This document shows, in pieces, positions 36,308 to 47,505 of a stretch of 64,000 nucleotides of DNA. The translations under genes were made by a program, and so were the position numbers. The stretch is from Paecilomyces variotii (Eukaryota). Each line of letters starts with the position of its first letter. The first letter of the stretch is position 1. Under the pieces are notes generated by a model. The model did not search any database. It was not told where the DNA came from and saw nothing but the letters and a program-made list of their open reading frames with translations. The stretch lies in assembly GCA_004022145.1 (NCBI GenBank), contig RCNU01000010.1. One strand, 5' to 3'.

Positions 36308-38501
36308 GGTGAAAGAGCCGAGAAAGATAATGACTGTATCTCTGACGACCAGCGCCGAAATACGTCGAATGCAAATTAAGAGCTTGCCGTGACGCTGAAC
36401 AGGTGTTTTTCAACTGTATAATCTGGAGGAATCGAAAGGTTGTAATAACCTATATCAAGAAGAGGACTGCAAAAAAAAAGAGTATGCTGTAGAAGATAGG
36501 AAGAGTAGAGTCAACTGGCGCTACACTGTATGCCAGACAATGAATGTAGAAGCGCTCTATCGAATCTATTGAACGTGAATAGCAGATTCAACAAAGGAAA
36601 TTCGTGATTAACATAAAGGCCAACAACAATAAAGCGACAAGCTCAGTGAAATGAAAAAGCCATTGTAGGAAAATAATAGAAGAGCTAAGACCGTCAACTC
36701 GAATCAAAGACGATGAAAAATCGCCTATAAAGAAACACCTACCTAGGTATTCATGGCCGCGACTGGGCGAGACGCCTAGTACTTCCGCATCGTGTACAAC
36801 CAGTCACCGGAGCAGGCCGCAGACGATGCCAGACACCAGGAACTCCCAGAGCCCGATATAGTCTGAGTCATGGATTCGCATATCGAATGCTGAACTCCTA
36901 CAGGTCGATCGTAAAGAGCCTGCAAAGCGCTGCAGGCCAAAAATAGCGCCATGATCGGGGCGCTTGCACGATGCTTTCTAGCCATTCATTTGTTCTCCGC
37001 TCAGACGATCAGCGACACCAAGGTCGCGACCTCTCGATACTGCAGCTAGTTCGATTAGCTACTGCAATCCAATCTGAAACTAGGCTACTTGTTTCTTCAG
37101 CCATTATTTCTTGGGGTAGACTAGAATAGCGTTCCAAGCTTCTGGGATGCTAAGAGTGAATCATCGAAGGCCTCGCGGACAACACAAGTTCGGCCAATAT
37201 TTTGTTCGCGCACGTAAAAATAGCTGATGACACGAAACAACTTAGCCTGCGAGCCAATTCCTAATGATCCACAGGTCCTGGCCCATTGTTCGCCTTGGAA
37301 AATGTTCTGTCGGGCGCTTGAAACATTGCCAGCCCATCATGGACGGCGGGTAGGATGGCGCTGAGGCAAAGAAGTACAAGTCAGATATAATGCGTCGCGA
37401 TCCAATCAATAACAGATGTCCATCATTATTTGACACGTTAACGAGAATGCTGCAGCGTATAGATTTGGCGTCAGACCCGTTCAAGTCGTGCTCCTCGCAG
37501 ACGAGTCTGCACTAAATACTGAAATAAATATCCATCGATTCCTAGTCATGGCCAAGAGAACATCCGCAGCATCACTCACGTCTCAGACAATTGGGTTTAT
37601 TCTTATAGTGACGCATGCCCCTTAAGTAATGTATCGGGGCTGATATCCATTACACGTCTAACCTGTCTTCAAAACGCCGCGGTAATTCAGATTGTGGCCT
37701 TGTAACTCTCCGGATATACTGACAGAGCTTCACTGAACACGTTCCTTCGAACTTCTCAACGGGCAGTTTCGATATTTCTTAACACACGTTGAGATCAGTA
37801 ATGACTCGGCTTCTCGCCTGGATGCAATATCGTCGAATGGACAAACCCAGTCTCGGTCATCATTCTTTTCTTTGGCCATCTCGGCCCCTGAAATACCATT
37901 GATGGACCATCTTCTGCTTTTCTCTGTATCCACCGATAGCTTCATGCTCTCGAACTAGCATTATGGATAAGTATCGCCGTACTTCTACTCTCGCTCAACT
38001 GATTCTAGGTTTAGGATGTAGATAGGGATTGTCATCAAGACCAGGCGAGTAGATATCCTAGACAAAGGTAGCACGCATTATTGTACCTAGGCAACCAGTG
38101 GTATTGTTTTCTTTGTAGCAATAACATTGATATGATACTGAAGAGCCCATATTTTCTGACCCAGGAGTCCGCCCCTATGTTATTCTGGGCTTTTTCACCA
38201 GCCGCGTCTGCTCAAAGAAACAACACCACACCACAACAAGAAAACTTTCACATCACTAGCCTCCACACCTGCGGCTTCACACTTCGCGGCTTATCCTATC
38301 CACACAATCTCATTCGCCCATAGCTATACTCCTGTGCGGCTTGACTCCTGTATGCTGAGAACTGTGCAGTATATGATAATAGGATCACAAGACGCGTTTA
38401 AAGGTAAGAATACAAACATGGAGAATGTACTCTGCGACATACGAAGCAGGCTGTTCATATCCATACACACCATAAATGAATATCCGCTTATTTTTATACA
38501 G

Positions 38502-41500
38502 ATGGGCACTGGCAGCAGCTCAGAACAGTCTGGCGAAGAGACACTATGTCTGCTCGTGGATGACTGGAGAGAAGAAGAGCCATCAACCGTGCTCCTCAAC
38601 GACGACGACGTGCCCTTTGATGGACCTCTCGACGACTGCTTGAATCCAAGAAGTCGTTTACTGGAGTTTCGTTTCAAATTCCCAGTCAACTTCCCCGGGG
38701 GCAAGCATAGATTCTTGAACATTACCCAGAGTCTCCTTTCAAACAAGGCAACCCTTGGCATCAAGACATTGTTTCTAGGGAAGAGTGCTCGAGGCTATGT
38801 AGATGACCTCAAAAAGTCAAGATATGGCCGCGTCAAGTGGAGCGATATAATCATGGTCCATGGCTGCCAGGTTTCCTGGACGGAGGACAGGCAAGGCTCT
38901 AGCATAACCAACTTCAAATTTCAGATAGACGAGGATGAATTTGCTGTTGCCATTGTTGACAGAGAACATCCGATTTTCTTCGGCAATCTGAATAATGATA
39001 AGGTAAGTCTACCAACTTGCTTCCCTCTTCATCTCATTTACTTACATATATGGAATGCAGCGGAAGTTTGTAGATGCCATAACCGTCCCCATTCGAATCT
39101 TACTCCGAGTCACATGGTGGAAGGAGCTCTTTGGGAATGCCGGAATCGACCTCTCTTCAGGCTCACTCTCTACAAGAGAGTCTGATGATTCCGAGGAGAT
39201 CAGCCCTGAAGATCAATGGTGGTGGCCGATTGTACTAGAAGCACAACAAAGGTCCAAAGCAAAGGCTAAAGCCGCAGCACTATCAGCATCCACTAGCCTT
39301 CCTGCGGCTGAGGAGGATGCACAGGAATCTTCCGGAGCTGTGAAGAAAAGGCTCAAAAAGAACAAGGGCAAGAAACGAAAGGCCAATCACAGAAACCGTG
39401 CGAGGAACACGACCCGGACTTCTGATGCGGACGTGAAGACTGAGAAAGAAAAACAACAAACACTGCAGTCTCCTTCAAATCCTCCTTCACCCACTTCACC
39501 TGATTACCTTTCTGCATATGAAGCTCTTCCGTCTTATGACACGCTGAACCCCAAGTCTGAAGATCAAGAAGGCCCAGCAGTGAGCGACTCTGGCATGGTC
39601 ACTTGTCCTACATCTCCCATTAAAGAGACAGAACACCTTTACGGGGCTGATCCCACTACAGGACCTGTCCCTGAGACGGTGCTTCACGAGACTCGTCTTT
39701 CTCATTCTTCGATCCCTCAGTCCCCTCTTCTCCAATCTCCTGTTGCTACTCCTCCTACAACCCATTTGTCTGAAGGAACCTTAGAAGTTACTTCTGTGCC
39801 TGAGGGAATTATTTTCAGCCACGACTCCTTGCCAGAAGGCCGTGTTCCTAGGGTCTCTTTGCCCACAGAGCCTCTGATTGAGACCACTCCTGGAGAATCT
39901 ACTCCTCGTGACACAGTATCTGCTGCTATCTCTCCTGAATCTCCGCTCTCTCCCCAGCAGGACGCTGTTCTGCCCGAGAGTGAGTCCTCAGAAACTTGGA
40001 TGGCCTCAAAGACAGAACATTCGAGCGAGGACCGTTTTAAGGATCCCCGGAAAGTTGAAATTCTTGCTAGCAACACCACTACCACCGAAAGACAGGACCA
40101 AGATCCTTCTTCTATCTTACTTTCCCACCCAAGCGGAACATCTTCCGTGAGGAAGGAGGTCAGTTTTGCGGAAGACCCAAATCAAAACCAAAACATTGAT
40201 ACTGTGAAATCTCCTGCCGTGGAACTCATATCCAAAACACAGCAGAGTCAGGATTCCCCTGACACCCAGAAGGATCCCAAACCAGATAACAGTACTGCGA
40301 GTACCAAGACCGGCATGGCGAAAAAGAAGCACGCGAAGAAGAAGAAGCGTTCCCGTCGTCAGCAGACAGATCCAGTCACAGAACAGGATGCTGAACATCA
40401 GCCTTGCGTGTCGCAGACACCAGCACAGTCATGTCCAGCCTCGCAGTCATCCCGTCCAGCTTCAGCTCTAAACACGACTCAGGTACCCATTTCAAGTTCT
40501 GATTCTCCGTCACTGCAACCCAATTTGAGAGACCCTAAAGCTACTCCTGGAACCCTTACCAAAGACTCCAAATCTTCTCTTGACCCTCTTGCTTCGGAAT
40601 ACGTGCCTAACTTCAAGCCAGTCCAGAAGACGGTCGCCCTACCAGAAACATCCAAAGCGCCTGACTCCAATGTATCGTCGAAGAAAAAGAAGGCATCTTC
40701 ATCTACAAGGGCCAGAGCCAATACCTCACCATCAAAGTCGGCAGCTGCCAAGGGTCCTTCAGTTAATGTCTCCAGCATGAGCTCTCAACACAATGTCTCT
40801 CCTTCACCACATTCTAGCCAGCCAACGTTGACTGACGATATCATCACACAATCTCTTACACATCTACAGGACGATCAACGCAACGCACTGCTGGCTTCCA
40901 GGAGAAACTCCACGACGTCCTTTTTTGCAAGCTCTACATTGGATACAGCAACACATCGCGGTCGTGAGGTCACAGCCTCCAGATCGGACCACACAGAGAA
41001 ACATGCTAGGAACCAAGGTTCTGATGGCATTAATGCAGGCAGCTCAGTCTTTGAAAGCACTGGTTCTTTTGAACGTATTCTCCTTCGCAATGAACACTCT
41101 GCGGTATCCGGCCAAGCTTCATCCCATTCTGCTCAAAGGTCTTCCTCTCCTACTCGACGCGCCTCCATTTCCAGCCAACGTTCTGCTGCTTCAACGAATA
41201 GCCACCAGACCGGCCATCTCTCTTCTAGTCCTGACCGCAGCAGACTGCCTCCAATTCAAGAAGCGACGAGAGAACACGGACAGCGTGATATAACTTCCTT
41301 GACTGGTAATCACTCTGCATACGCACTAAGTCACAGTCACCCGGAGCCTGATAGCACCGAGCTCACCGCAAGGGATCCTGAAGATACCTCTACCTGTCAA
41401 ACACCAACAAACCTCCAAATCCCACAGGGAGCATTCACCACAAGCCCCGTCCAAACACAAGGCAATCCTCCTGCAACGTCACAGCTTATCGGTAGCCATG

Positions 41501-42627
41501 GCCCTCCCGCTCCGCCATCTACTACTCGAGCACTGCCATCGATTTTCGGACAAGGTGGTCCAGTCGTTCGTCGACCGGCAGGCTTCTTTTGGCAACTCGA
41601 TAGCCATGGCTTTCCATGTGCGAAGGCCGACTGTGACAAGCGTTGCAGCTCTTGGGATGGCGCTTCGGTCGTCTGCCCGCGGTGCGGACCGTTCTCTGAG
41701 GTCCGATACTGCAATCAAGAACACCTTTATGAGGACATCAAGCCTCATTGGGCATTCTGCGGGCAGATGACCTTCTGCCATCCCTGCCGGGAGAGTACGA
41801 TTCCCCGGCGTCAGAAGGAAGGGCCTCCTCTGCTGCCCAGCTATCACAACTGGGACACCCCAGAGCGGCATCGCCAAGCCGTCTACCATGCCACCAACTC
41901 TGGTGGTGACTACTTCATCTTCGCCGACTGGGCGGAGTTTGTGACGGCTGGGCAGCCAGCCAACAACGTGGGTGTGCGATGCACCAACCGGGTGCTCGCA
42001 GTCGTCAATTTTGACGAGCCGGGAGAGAAGGACCGGTTCCGTCGGGTGCTGGGGGTTTGCCTCTTCGGTAAGCCGAACCCCCTGTTTATATAGTTCCTCA
42101 CATCCCGATATAAAGTCCATTCACTAACATACCATCCCCTCTCAACAGCCTCCATCGAGGTTTTCGACCTCGTGGACTACATGTTCCGTCTCATTCGAGA
42201 CAACCTCCGGTCTCGGGGCCTCTGGTCCGGCGAGCTCGACAAGGCGCTGCGATACCAAATGCAGCACGAGCTCGCCGTGGCTGTGAGCCCCGAGACCAGC
42301 GGGCAACGCCATGCCTGCGAAACGGAGTGGGACGGACGCAACAGGCGTCGCTGCGGGGACCCGGTCTGCCGCGCCGAGTACCGCCCGCTCCTGGGCGACC
42401 AAAGGATGGGTCGTGGCTTCGTCGGCCTGTGCGACTACATGGAGTCCAACCACTGGCTCCTGCGCGCGGCGAGGCGCACCCATCCCGAGGTCACCCAGGT
42501 GGCGGCGCGGACTCGGGGCGAAGGATTCGGGGACGTTGCAGAGGAGGACAGGAGGCTGTTCCGCCGGGGAGAGGGGTGGGACGGGGCCGGGACCGGGGAG
42601 ATGGAGATCGAGGGAGTCAATGCTTGA
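38502..42627 (+). CDS. Large uncharacterised protein: N-terminal globular region, long S/P/T-rich disordered linker, C-terminal MYND-like Cys/His domain
   Basis: Introns 39003-39060 and 42068-42148 join three ORFs in frame. Motif CAKADC...CPRC...YCNQEH...HWAFC. Start codon uncertain. Confidence 0.7.
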
Positions 42628-43278
42628 GTGTGATCCTTTTCCATTATTGGAAAAGGGTCTGAACTCGCAGCGATGACCTCGATCGATGAAGTCCTCCCGG
42701 TTCTTGGTGCCCGGGCCCAGGGATACGGTGTTTGGCGTTTGGTGTTTTGGTCTTTGTGTGTTTTCTTTGGTTTTTTGTCTTGTTTTGTTTTGTTTTTTAC
42801 TGCCCTTGAAGATTCCCAGTCTTGTACATTTCCCCTTTCGTCCCCATTCGCGCCGTTTGTTTCTTTTTCACCCCCTTGCCCTTACGATACCCAGTCTTGT
42901 TTGCTTTCTGTTTCTAGTTTTGTTTTCTTTCCGCGCCGTCAGACCGGGTTACTGCCCGTGTCTTTCCCTTCTATGTTTGATAGTAATGTTTATTCCTTGG
43001 TTTCTTTGATGTACATGCAATCTCGACCAGAGGCGGATTGGCATTTTGTGTTTGTTTTTGTCTCTTCTTGTATTTAGTACTTGGTTTCATGACCAGTGGG
43101 GGAACAGGAGCCCAGTTTTTGTCTGTGTCTGTTTTTGTCTCGTCTTGTTTTTGTATGTAGATAGTACAGATATCTATTATTATCTTACAATTGTCGAAAA
43201 GCTTCTTTTCAACAGCAATCTGGTTATGTAACTATCTGACTATCTGGCTATCTTGAGAAGCTTTGATTATCGTGAATG

Positions 43279-43546
43279 ATAGTTAGTCCTTTTCAAGACA
43301 TGGTATTTCCTAACCTACCTTAGATTTATTGCCGCAGATTTCAGTGCAGAATATCTTCTACGCGTCTATCGTCTGACATTTCCAGCATCAGAGAAGCTAT
43401 TGGTAAGACGCTCGAAGTCTTTTGATTTGAAAACAAAGATGGGGAGGACCGGAGCTTTGCATTTCTGCACCGGTATCCTCGATTACCTTCAAAGTGGTCA
43501 CGCCGAGATAACCTTGCTGCAAAATATTCCTGAAGGAAGGCTATAG
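43279..43546 (+). pseudogene. 5'-truncated remnant of a paralog of the adjacent minus-strand gene
   Basis: TYLRFIAADFSAEYL...LLVRRSKSFDLKTKMGRTGALHFCTGILDYLQSG...* parallels TVLKLTMARVSPTYM...FEVFHSEPYDLCKREGRGEALRLIIGLYRY. No ATG or upstream exons found. Confidence 0.65.
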
Positions 43547-43553
43547 ATATAAA

Positions 43554-44531
43554 TCAGGGCCTTCCTTTAGCATTAATATATCTATAAAGCCCGATTATAA
43601 GCCTCAATGCCTCTCCTCGCCCTTCTCTTTTGCACAGATCATAGGGCTCAGAGTGAAAGACTTCGAAAGTTCCACTCAGAGGCTTTCCATGAGTGAGCTC
43701 TTCCATATAAGTAGGAGAAACCCTTGCCATAGTGAGTTTCAAAACCGTCCTTTCCATCCGCAGAACGAATGCCGTATGATCATCAATCACGGCCATATTA
43801 TGTTCATAGGCGAGGACTCCCTGTAATAAGACTTGGGAGACTAAACGAGCAAGGTATGATGTATCATTCTCTTTCTTGACCTGTTGTAAGGCATCAGCTA
43901 GAGTATGAAGTACAAGAGAAACAGACACAGACCGAAAATATGCCAACAAGCTGCGGAGAAGCTGCCTCGCTTATGAGTGTCCCATCACAACCCAACGTGC
44001 CACGTATTCTGGACGAGAGTATTTCAAACCGGATCTTCGATTTCGTAGACATACGTCTTGGTCTGTTCATGAGCCTCTTCATTCGCAAGAGAGTGGGTGA
44101 TCTACACTGACAGGTTTTTCGCTGCTTCGATATGAGATAGGAGAATTTCGCAAAGAAACAATATAGCTTGCTTCGATGTTTCTGACCAGCTGCTGTGTGA
44201 TCTCATTGCTTCATTTAGTCTGGCGAAAACGGAATGGAAACTATTACGTCGATAAATGGAGCGCGTAGAACTGAAATTCGCTAGATCGTCTTCGGTTGGT
44301 TCGATGAATTCTGCGTGTAGAGTTTCGAACTCTGCGTTATTTTTAATATGCATTTTAGTATGACATGGAAGGAGAAACGATAAGCTTACCTTCGTCTTGG
44401 TCTGCTGGTAAATATTCTGGATCAATAAGATTAGCAGCAGGAGTGTCACTATGCTGAACTAGTCGAAGTAGTTCGAATTGTTGCGACGTCCACTTATGTG
44501 GTGACTGAAGGAGGAGCGATAAGGATTCCAT
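43554..44531 (-). pseudogene. Uncharacterised fungal protein (possibly PD-(D/E)xK nuclease-like fold) with one frameshift
   Basis: MESLSLLLQSPHKWTSQQ..., introns 44332-44389 and 43881-43932. Stop at 44102-44104, with the coding-like sequence continuing in the +1 frame (...CDGTLI...VGIFS|VKK...YDLCKREGRGEALRLIIGLYRY). Confidence 0.6.
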
Positions 44532-44971
44532 GTTAGTTTACAGGCCAATTATTACCATGAGTACGTTGATGTTAACAAGGTTGGAAGTAATTACTGGACT
44601 TTCATTGCTTTGATTCTTCGGAGGGGCTTTGTTCCGACAGCTTGTCTTCAGTAAGATATTCCGCGCCGAAGGCGATCTTTCTTGTTAACATTCTCGAGTA
44701 AAGCATCACACTTAGTCTTCTAAGTAGGTATTCTAATTCGAACAAATTTAACCAGCTTTTGATATTTAATCTAGGAGGCTAGTGTGGCTGTAACGGATTA
44801 TGCATTTCCGTGGTAGTATGTGCTATCTGGTCTGCAGAAGGAAATGCTAGATACCACTACTACTGGAGATGGATGCCTGGAGAATAGGATGGTTTGCCCA
44901 GTAGACGGTAAGTTCAAGCGATGCCTCATCTCTGTAATCATCCCTGGTTGGAGAAAACATGTATACCTAGG

Positions 44972-45034
44972 TATTCTATAGTGATTTAATTTAGCGTTGA
45001 TCACGGAATCTCAAAGCTCACTTGTAAATAGTAA
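44972..45034 (+). repeat. 63-bp direct repeat, left copy
   Basis: 56/63 identical, ungapped, to 47186-47248 (manual alignment). Confidence 0.9.
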
Positions 45035-45234
45035 TTATTAGGATGCGCCAGACAATCAATGGTAAGGTCATCTTCTTATATGGATAGGATCGACAGTCCG
45101 TATCGCAAGCTTGCCTCTTTGTTTTTGATTCCTTCTTTCCAGAACGCGGAAAATATATTTTCCTTGCCTGTAAGCCATCCAGATAGGGGGTTTAGAATCT
45201 ATGCTGTCTCAGCCCTTCAAGACTTTAGCGTGCT

Positions 45235-46801
45235 ATGCCTAAGACTCGCTGTTTGCTTCGCGGAGAGATCACATATTCTTCTGCAAGAGAAAAGGACACA
45301 AATGTCCTCCACACTCTTGGATATTGGGCCCAGAGGGCGGAGTTTTTTGATCGTCTAGACAAGAATAGGAACCTGATTCAGGCGGTAATTGCTCGCCACC
45401 TCGGCGTAAAGGCAGCGGCATGTCATGTCGCTGATCAAGCTGACTGGGTACATGGGAGCTTCAATCTTTGTGTCCCCGTCACGATCACAGCTTGGAGGAA
45501 AACAAGGGTGATAATCCGCTTCCCATTGCCATACCGGGTAGGCGAAGACTTCAGGCCTGGAAATGCAGACGAGAAGCTTCGTTGCGAGGCAGGAGCCTAT
45601 ACATGGCTTCAGAGCCACTGTCCATCAGTACCCATTCCTCGACTTTATGGATTTGGGTTGTCAACCGGTCAAAGTGTAAGTCATTACATTGTATCTTAGG
45701 CATATCGCTAATGGTCCTAGTTTACGGCTATCGATACGCTGCCCTTGATGACTCGTTGTCTGCAATATCTCCGTCGTTTGGCACTGGCAACACTTGGATA
45801 TCCTGTTCCATCCCGTCTTGTGCCCCAGCGAGGCGATGGACCGAATCTCTTCGTTGGCTATCTTCTGATCGAATATATTGAGGAGGGCCAGGGGATGATG
45901 CTTTCAAACACCTGGGATGAGGGATACGTTGACACACGACTACGGACTAACTTCTTTCGAAGCCTGTCTCGAGTCTTACTAACTATCGCCCAGGTTCCTG
46001 TACCGCAGATCGGCTCATTCACTATTAACGATGATGGCGTTTTGACACTGAGTAATCGGCCGCTGACTCTTGAAGTCCATGAACTAGAGAACGAGAGGAT
46101 TCCGGTGGATATTCCCCGGAATCTCACATATACATCTGTCGACTCATACGTAATGGACATTCTTGCTTTCCATGATAGTCGCCTTCGCCATCAGCCAAAT
46201 GCGGCTACCAACGAGCAGGATTGTGTCTATCAAATGTCTGCCTTGTCCACCATGAAAATGGTTTTCCCTCAGTTCTTCCGACGTGATTTGCGCCGTGGGC
46301 CTTTTGTCTTTTGCTTGACAGATATTCATCAGAGCAACATCCTAGTTGATGCTGACTGGAACATTAAGTGTTTGATTGACCTAGAGTGGGCATGCTCACG
46401 GCCAATAGAGATGTTGCATCCTCCGCGCTGGCTTACGAATCAAGCGATAGATGAGATGGATGCCGACAAATACGCCCAGATCCACCAAGAGTTCGTGGAA
46501 ATCCTACAGAATGAGGAAAGACTCCTTGACGCACGCACTACGATTTCATCTGTATTGAGAGAGGGTCTGGAGAGAGGTACATACATTTTGGTATACAGCA
46601 GCTCTACGGAGTCCCACTGGCCTCTTTCGGGTGTTCTACGATCATATACAGCCAAGGTTTGCAAAGGGACATGAGAACGATGAGAATTTTTATCGAGTTC
46701 TGATGTATTACTGGACGGAAAAGACTTGGGACTTTATCAGAGGAAAAGTGAGAGACAAAACTGAGTATGATAAGCGACTTCGAGATGCGTTCAACAATTG
46801 A
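45235..46801 (+). pseudogene. APH/choline-kinase-like phosphotransferase with a 4-bp frameshifting insertion near the 3' end
   Basis: GSFNLC, IIRFP, EKLRCE, VPIPRLYGFG, LTDIHQSNILVD and LIDLEW. Intron 45676-45720. Removing 4 nt at ~46580 gives GTFWYTAALRSPTGLFRVFYDHIQPRF...DKRLRDAFNN* (TGA 46799-46801). Confidence 0.82.
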
Positions 46802-47185
46802 CCTAAGACGAAACGTGGACCGATTTCTCAGTTTGCGGCTACCTAGTAATCAACTCTTTCCTAGGTAGTGGCTCCAGTAGCCAAAGAAAGCTACATCTAA
46901 CTTACGCTCAATCACACAAAGTACCTTCAATGGGTGAGAATCGACTTCCACCCGAGAAAAAGTGGTCAATCACAACGATTCCACGGCACCATCGAGGACG
47001 TAGAGTGACGTGTCCTCTATCCCAGAGTTGGATTCCCGTGAATGGCGCCCAATTTATACGAGCCACTTAGGAGCCACCAAGCGTTCTACTTAGATCTGCA
47101 ATGGAGAAAGGGGGAAAAAAGCAACAGCTGATTCAAGAATCTTCACTATCTGACAGAGAGAAACCATGCCGGCGGTAGCCAACTA

Positions 47186-47248
47186 TATTCTATAGTCATC
47201 TGATTTGGCGTTGATCGCGGAATCTCAGAGCTCAATTGTAAATAGTAA
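47186..47248 (+). repeat. 63-bp direct repeat, right copy
   Basis: Matches 44972-45034. Confidence 0.9.
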
Positions 47249-47505
47249 AGGCATAGCGCCGTTGCAGCTAAACATAAAGCCCAGACACCACTCCATGTGC
47301 TTGTCCCATCATAGTAGGTACATACTTTCTCTCATTGGCTAACTAAGGAAAGCAAGACACAAACTTAGCAACAAGGGGTTCTGATTTTTTTTTTTCTGAG
47401 CCAAATTCTACTGATTTTATCCTTTTCTCGTCTATATAGCCTCCCAAGGGTTTTGTGTCAACGCAAATAAGAGAGTCGACATGAATATGTGCATATAGCA
47501 GTCCT

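Noticed and set aside
36776-38323. Several 69-80 aa ORFs between PRM1 and the MYND-like gene
   Set aside because: No domain signal; consistent with chance ORFs or unidentifiable relics.
42673-43231. Hydrophobic ORFs resembling membrane proteins
   Set aside because: Produced by a T/G-rich low-complexity 3' region.
44801-47266. Reading the direct repeats as TG...CA LTRs of a retroelement
   Set aside because: No matching TSD, PBS/PPT or gag-pol, and the enclosed gene keeps a sense-strand intron.
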